From positions 1 to 58,109 of the IMG/VR virus record IMGVR_UViG_3300027983_000019: a stretch of 58,109 nucleotides of DNA; one strand, written 5' to 3'. Both the position numbers and the translations under genes were made by a program. Each line of letters opens with the position of its first letter. Position 1 is the first letter of the stretch. Source of the DNA: a virus (Duplodnaviria; Caudoviricetes). Positions 56,196 to 58,109 of the stretch are shown here, piece after piece. The notes below the pieces were generated by a model that worked only from the letters and a program-made list of their open reading frames with translations, searched no databases and had not been told where the DNA came from.

Positions 56196-56225
56196 TTAAC
56201 CCAAACTAAGACATATTTATGTTAT

Positions 56226-56609
56226 ATGAGGGGTATTATTAAAAAAATATTAAAGGAATCTGAGTTTGATTGGGTTACTAATATTGATGGGTTTTTACCT
56301 ATGAGTACATGGTTTAATATGGGTGTGGATGAAATTACCGAAATATTTGGTGATTACGGACCCATAAATAAAAAGGATAAACCCGTTGTGCACGTAAAAG
56401 GTAACTTGGAGTACTCAGTTGGTGAATTTATTTACATCGATTGTTTATTCATGGTAAATGGTTTCACCTCGGATATTATTGATTTAGAATTCGTGGAAAA
56501 TCATGATAAACCACTTGATTGGAGTTGGCGTATGGATAATGTTAACTACATTATCCTAAGTTCATCAGATGAAAGTGATTTGAATATATTAATGTCAATA
56601 GTTAATTAA
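56226..56609 (+). CDS. Hypothetical protein with the shared N-terminal tag
   Basis: MRGIIKKILKESEFDW; TATTTAT upstream. Confidence 0.8.
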   Translation: MRGIIKKILKESEFDWVTNIDGFLPMSTWFNMGVDEITEIFGDYGPINKKDKPVVHVKGNLEYSVGEFIYIDCLFMVNGFTSDIIDLEFVENHDKPLDWSWRMDNVNYIILSSSDESDLNILMSIVN

Positions 56610-56891
56610 TCACATTGGCGATTTCCTTCATCATTTCCTTCTTCCCATCTTTCTTGGCCGTAATCTTCAATTAATGTTGTTATCACTATCTAAACAAACA
56701 CCAACAACTGTTTTATTTGGAAAAACTACTTCATCTCTTACAAATGTTTTTACATTAGATTTAATTGACATAATTATTGGCTTTTATTTTTCTATGTTTA
56801 GTCATATGACATTACAAATATACAAAAAATAATGAAACAAAAAAATCCTGAACCAAAAAGATTCAGGATTTTTACCATTATGTTAATTAAC

Positions 56892-57218
56892 CTATAGTTC
56901 TAATATATTAAATAAATGTGTTTCAACAAGTTTATCATGGAAACTTACCGAGTGTGTTTCAGTAACACTATGTTCTTTAAGTATCTTTTGTGTTACTAAC
57001 GATTGTAACCATTCATTAATTTTATTGTCTGCTGCTATACTATTTAATGCACTGAACTCTTTGGTCCCGTTCACCTCTTTATATATAACATCAATCTGTT
57101 CTTCCGTAAAGTCGTTCATATCAGTTAACTCATACTCGTACTTAACGGTGTAAAAGTTTAGGTCATTTAATGCCTCAACTCTTTGTTCTGTTTGGTTATA
57201 ATTTTTTGGTAACCCCAT
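56892..57218 (-). CDS. Hypothetical protein
   Basis: 108-aa ORF followed by a terminator hairpin at about 56840-56873. Confidence 0.7.
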   Translation of the reverse strand: MGLPKNYNQTEQRVEALNDLNFYTVKYEYELTDMNDFTEEQIDVIYKEVNGTKEFSALNSIAADNKINEWLQSLVTQKILKEHSVTETHSVSFHDKLVETHLFNILEL

Positions 57219-57676
57219 TACGCTTCTACTGGTTTTTTTTTATCTTCGGTAACTACCTTAGATTTCTCCTCTTTATCTGTGTTATTATTTTTACTCTGAC
57301 CACCCAATTTTAATACATCGGTATCTGAACTAAATCTTAGAACTTTCAACTCATCTAAAGTACTTGTTTCAAATACTTCTTTAAGTTGAGCTACTTTTTC
57401 TTTAAGTAACTCTTCCTTTTGTTCTACTTCAATATTCTTATCAACAACGTCAACACTGAACCAATCAATTAAGTTATCAAAACTCTCTGTTTCACTATAA
57501 ATCATATAGTGTGACCATCCCTTTTCGATTATTGTTGGTAGTAGTTGACTCATGAACACTCCGTCTGAAGGAATTGTCCATGTGTTTTTCATATGTACTT
57601 CTATCACTGAGAACTCATCAGCTTTTTTAATACCACGAAGATAAGGGTTTAATTTTTTAAATATACTTTCAATCAT
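57218..57676 (-). CDS. Hypothetical protein
   Basis: 152-aa ORF. Confidence 0.7.
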   Translation of the reverse strand: MIESIFKKLNPYLRGIKKADEFSVIEVHMKNTWTIPSDGVFMSQLLPTIIEKGWSHYMIYSETESFDNLIDWFSVDVVDKNIEVEQKEELLKEKVAQLKEVFETSTLDELKVLRFSSDTDVLKLGGQSKNNNTDKEEKSKVVTEDKKKPVEA

Positions 57677-57679
57677 ATC

Positions 57680-57889
57680 TTATATTTTAATCCCCACAAA
57701 TATCGTGGACAATAAGTAGGAGAGGGAAAGTAGGAATAACACAAGTTGTATCGTAGATACTTCGTATTTTCGTTTCCATCCCTCTTCTTCTCTTAGTCTC
57801 CTAATCACTTGCCATATATGTAGACCCACATTGAGTATACTCATGAAAAATGTTAGGAAAAAAATCTTATTTATTAAAGATTCAAACAT
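57680..57889 (-). CDS. Small two-TM membrane protein
   Basis: Two hydrophobic segments. Confidence 0.65.
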   Translation of the reverse strand: MFESLINKIFFLTFFMSILNVGLHIWQVIRRLREEEGWKRKYEVSTIQLVLFLLSLSYLLSTIFVGIKI

Positions 57890-58077
57890 TAGACAGCTGG
57901 GGTATCTTTTTTAGTTTCACTAATTTCCATTCTTACATCCTTAGCGAAATTTCTAATTTCTTGTAAAGATTTTCTAGCTCTCGTTCCAGCTGTTTTATTA
58001 CCTTTTTCTTGGAATTTACCGTAATCTTCTTCGAAGTTAGCTACCATTGTTTTCAATTCTTCTAATCTGTTGCTCAT
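57889..58077 (-). CDS. Histone H1-like (Hc1-family) small protein
   Basis: KGNKTAGTRARKSLQEIRNFAKDVR. Confidence 0.75.
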   Translation of the reverse strand: MSNRLEELKTMVANFEEDYGKFQEKGNKTAGTRARKSLQEIRNFAKDVRMEISETKKDTPAV

Positions 58078-58109
58078 TTTAATTTGTTTTTTTTTTTTTT
58101 TTTTATTTT

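Noticed and set aside
58087-58109. Long poly-T run at the window end
   Set aside because: It is probably an A-rich translation leader of the Hc1-like gene or a homopolymer artefact, and it is cut off by the window edge.

Overview
This is an AT-rich, gene-dense segment of a large T4-like (jumbo) phage genome. The host is most likely Bacteroidota, judged by repeated TTG...TAnnTTTG promoters, lipoproteins and a T9SS sorting-domain fragment. The window is dominated by translation and RNA-maintenance cargo: about 28 canonical tRNAs, about 11 aberrant tRNA-like RNAs, tmRNA, a probable RNase P RNA plus RnpA, Ro60/TROVE and RNA-repair-type domains. It also carries an NAD salvage trio (PncB, Nudix, NadD), DHFR, DnaJ, RNase HII, DNA modification enzymes and homing endonucleases. 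Two unexplained systems stand out. (1) Each of four tRNA operons is preceded by a promoter, a short leader ORF and a terminator/antiterminator pair. Each leader's codon core consists of the amino acids, and mostly the codons, decoded by the tRNAs of that same operon, and the four operons together cover all 20 amino acids. This looks like ribosome-mediated attenuation that switches on phage tRNAs when those codons become untranslatable. (2) Six paralogous small genes end inside the first 36-bp repeat of a CRISPR-like array with unique 29-30-bp spacers and no cas genes. The spacer sets the protein's C-terminus. All calls were made by eye from the sequence and the ORF track; no searches or folding programs were run.
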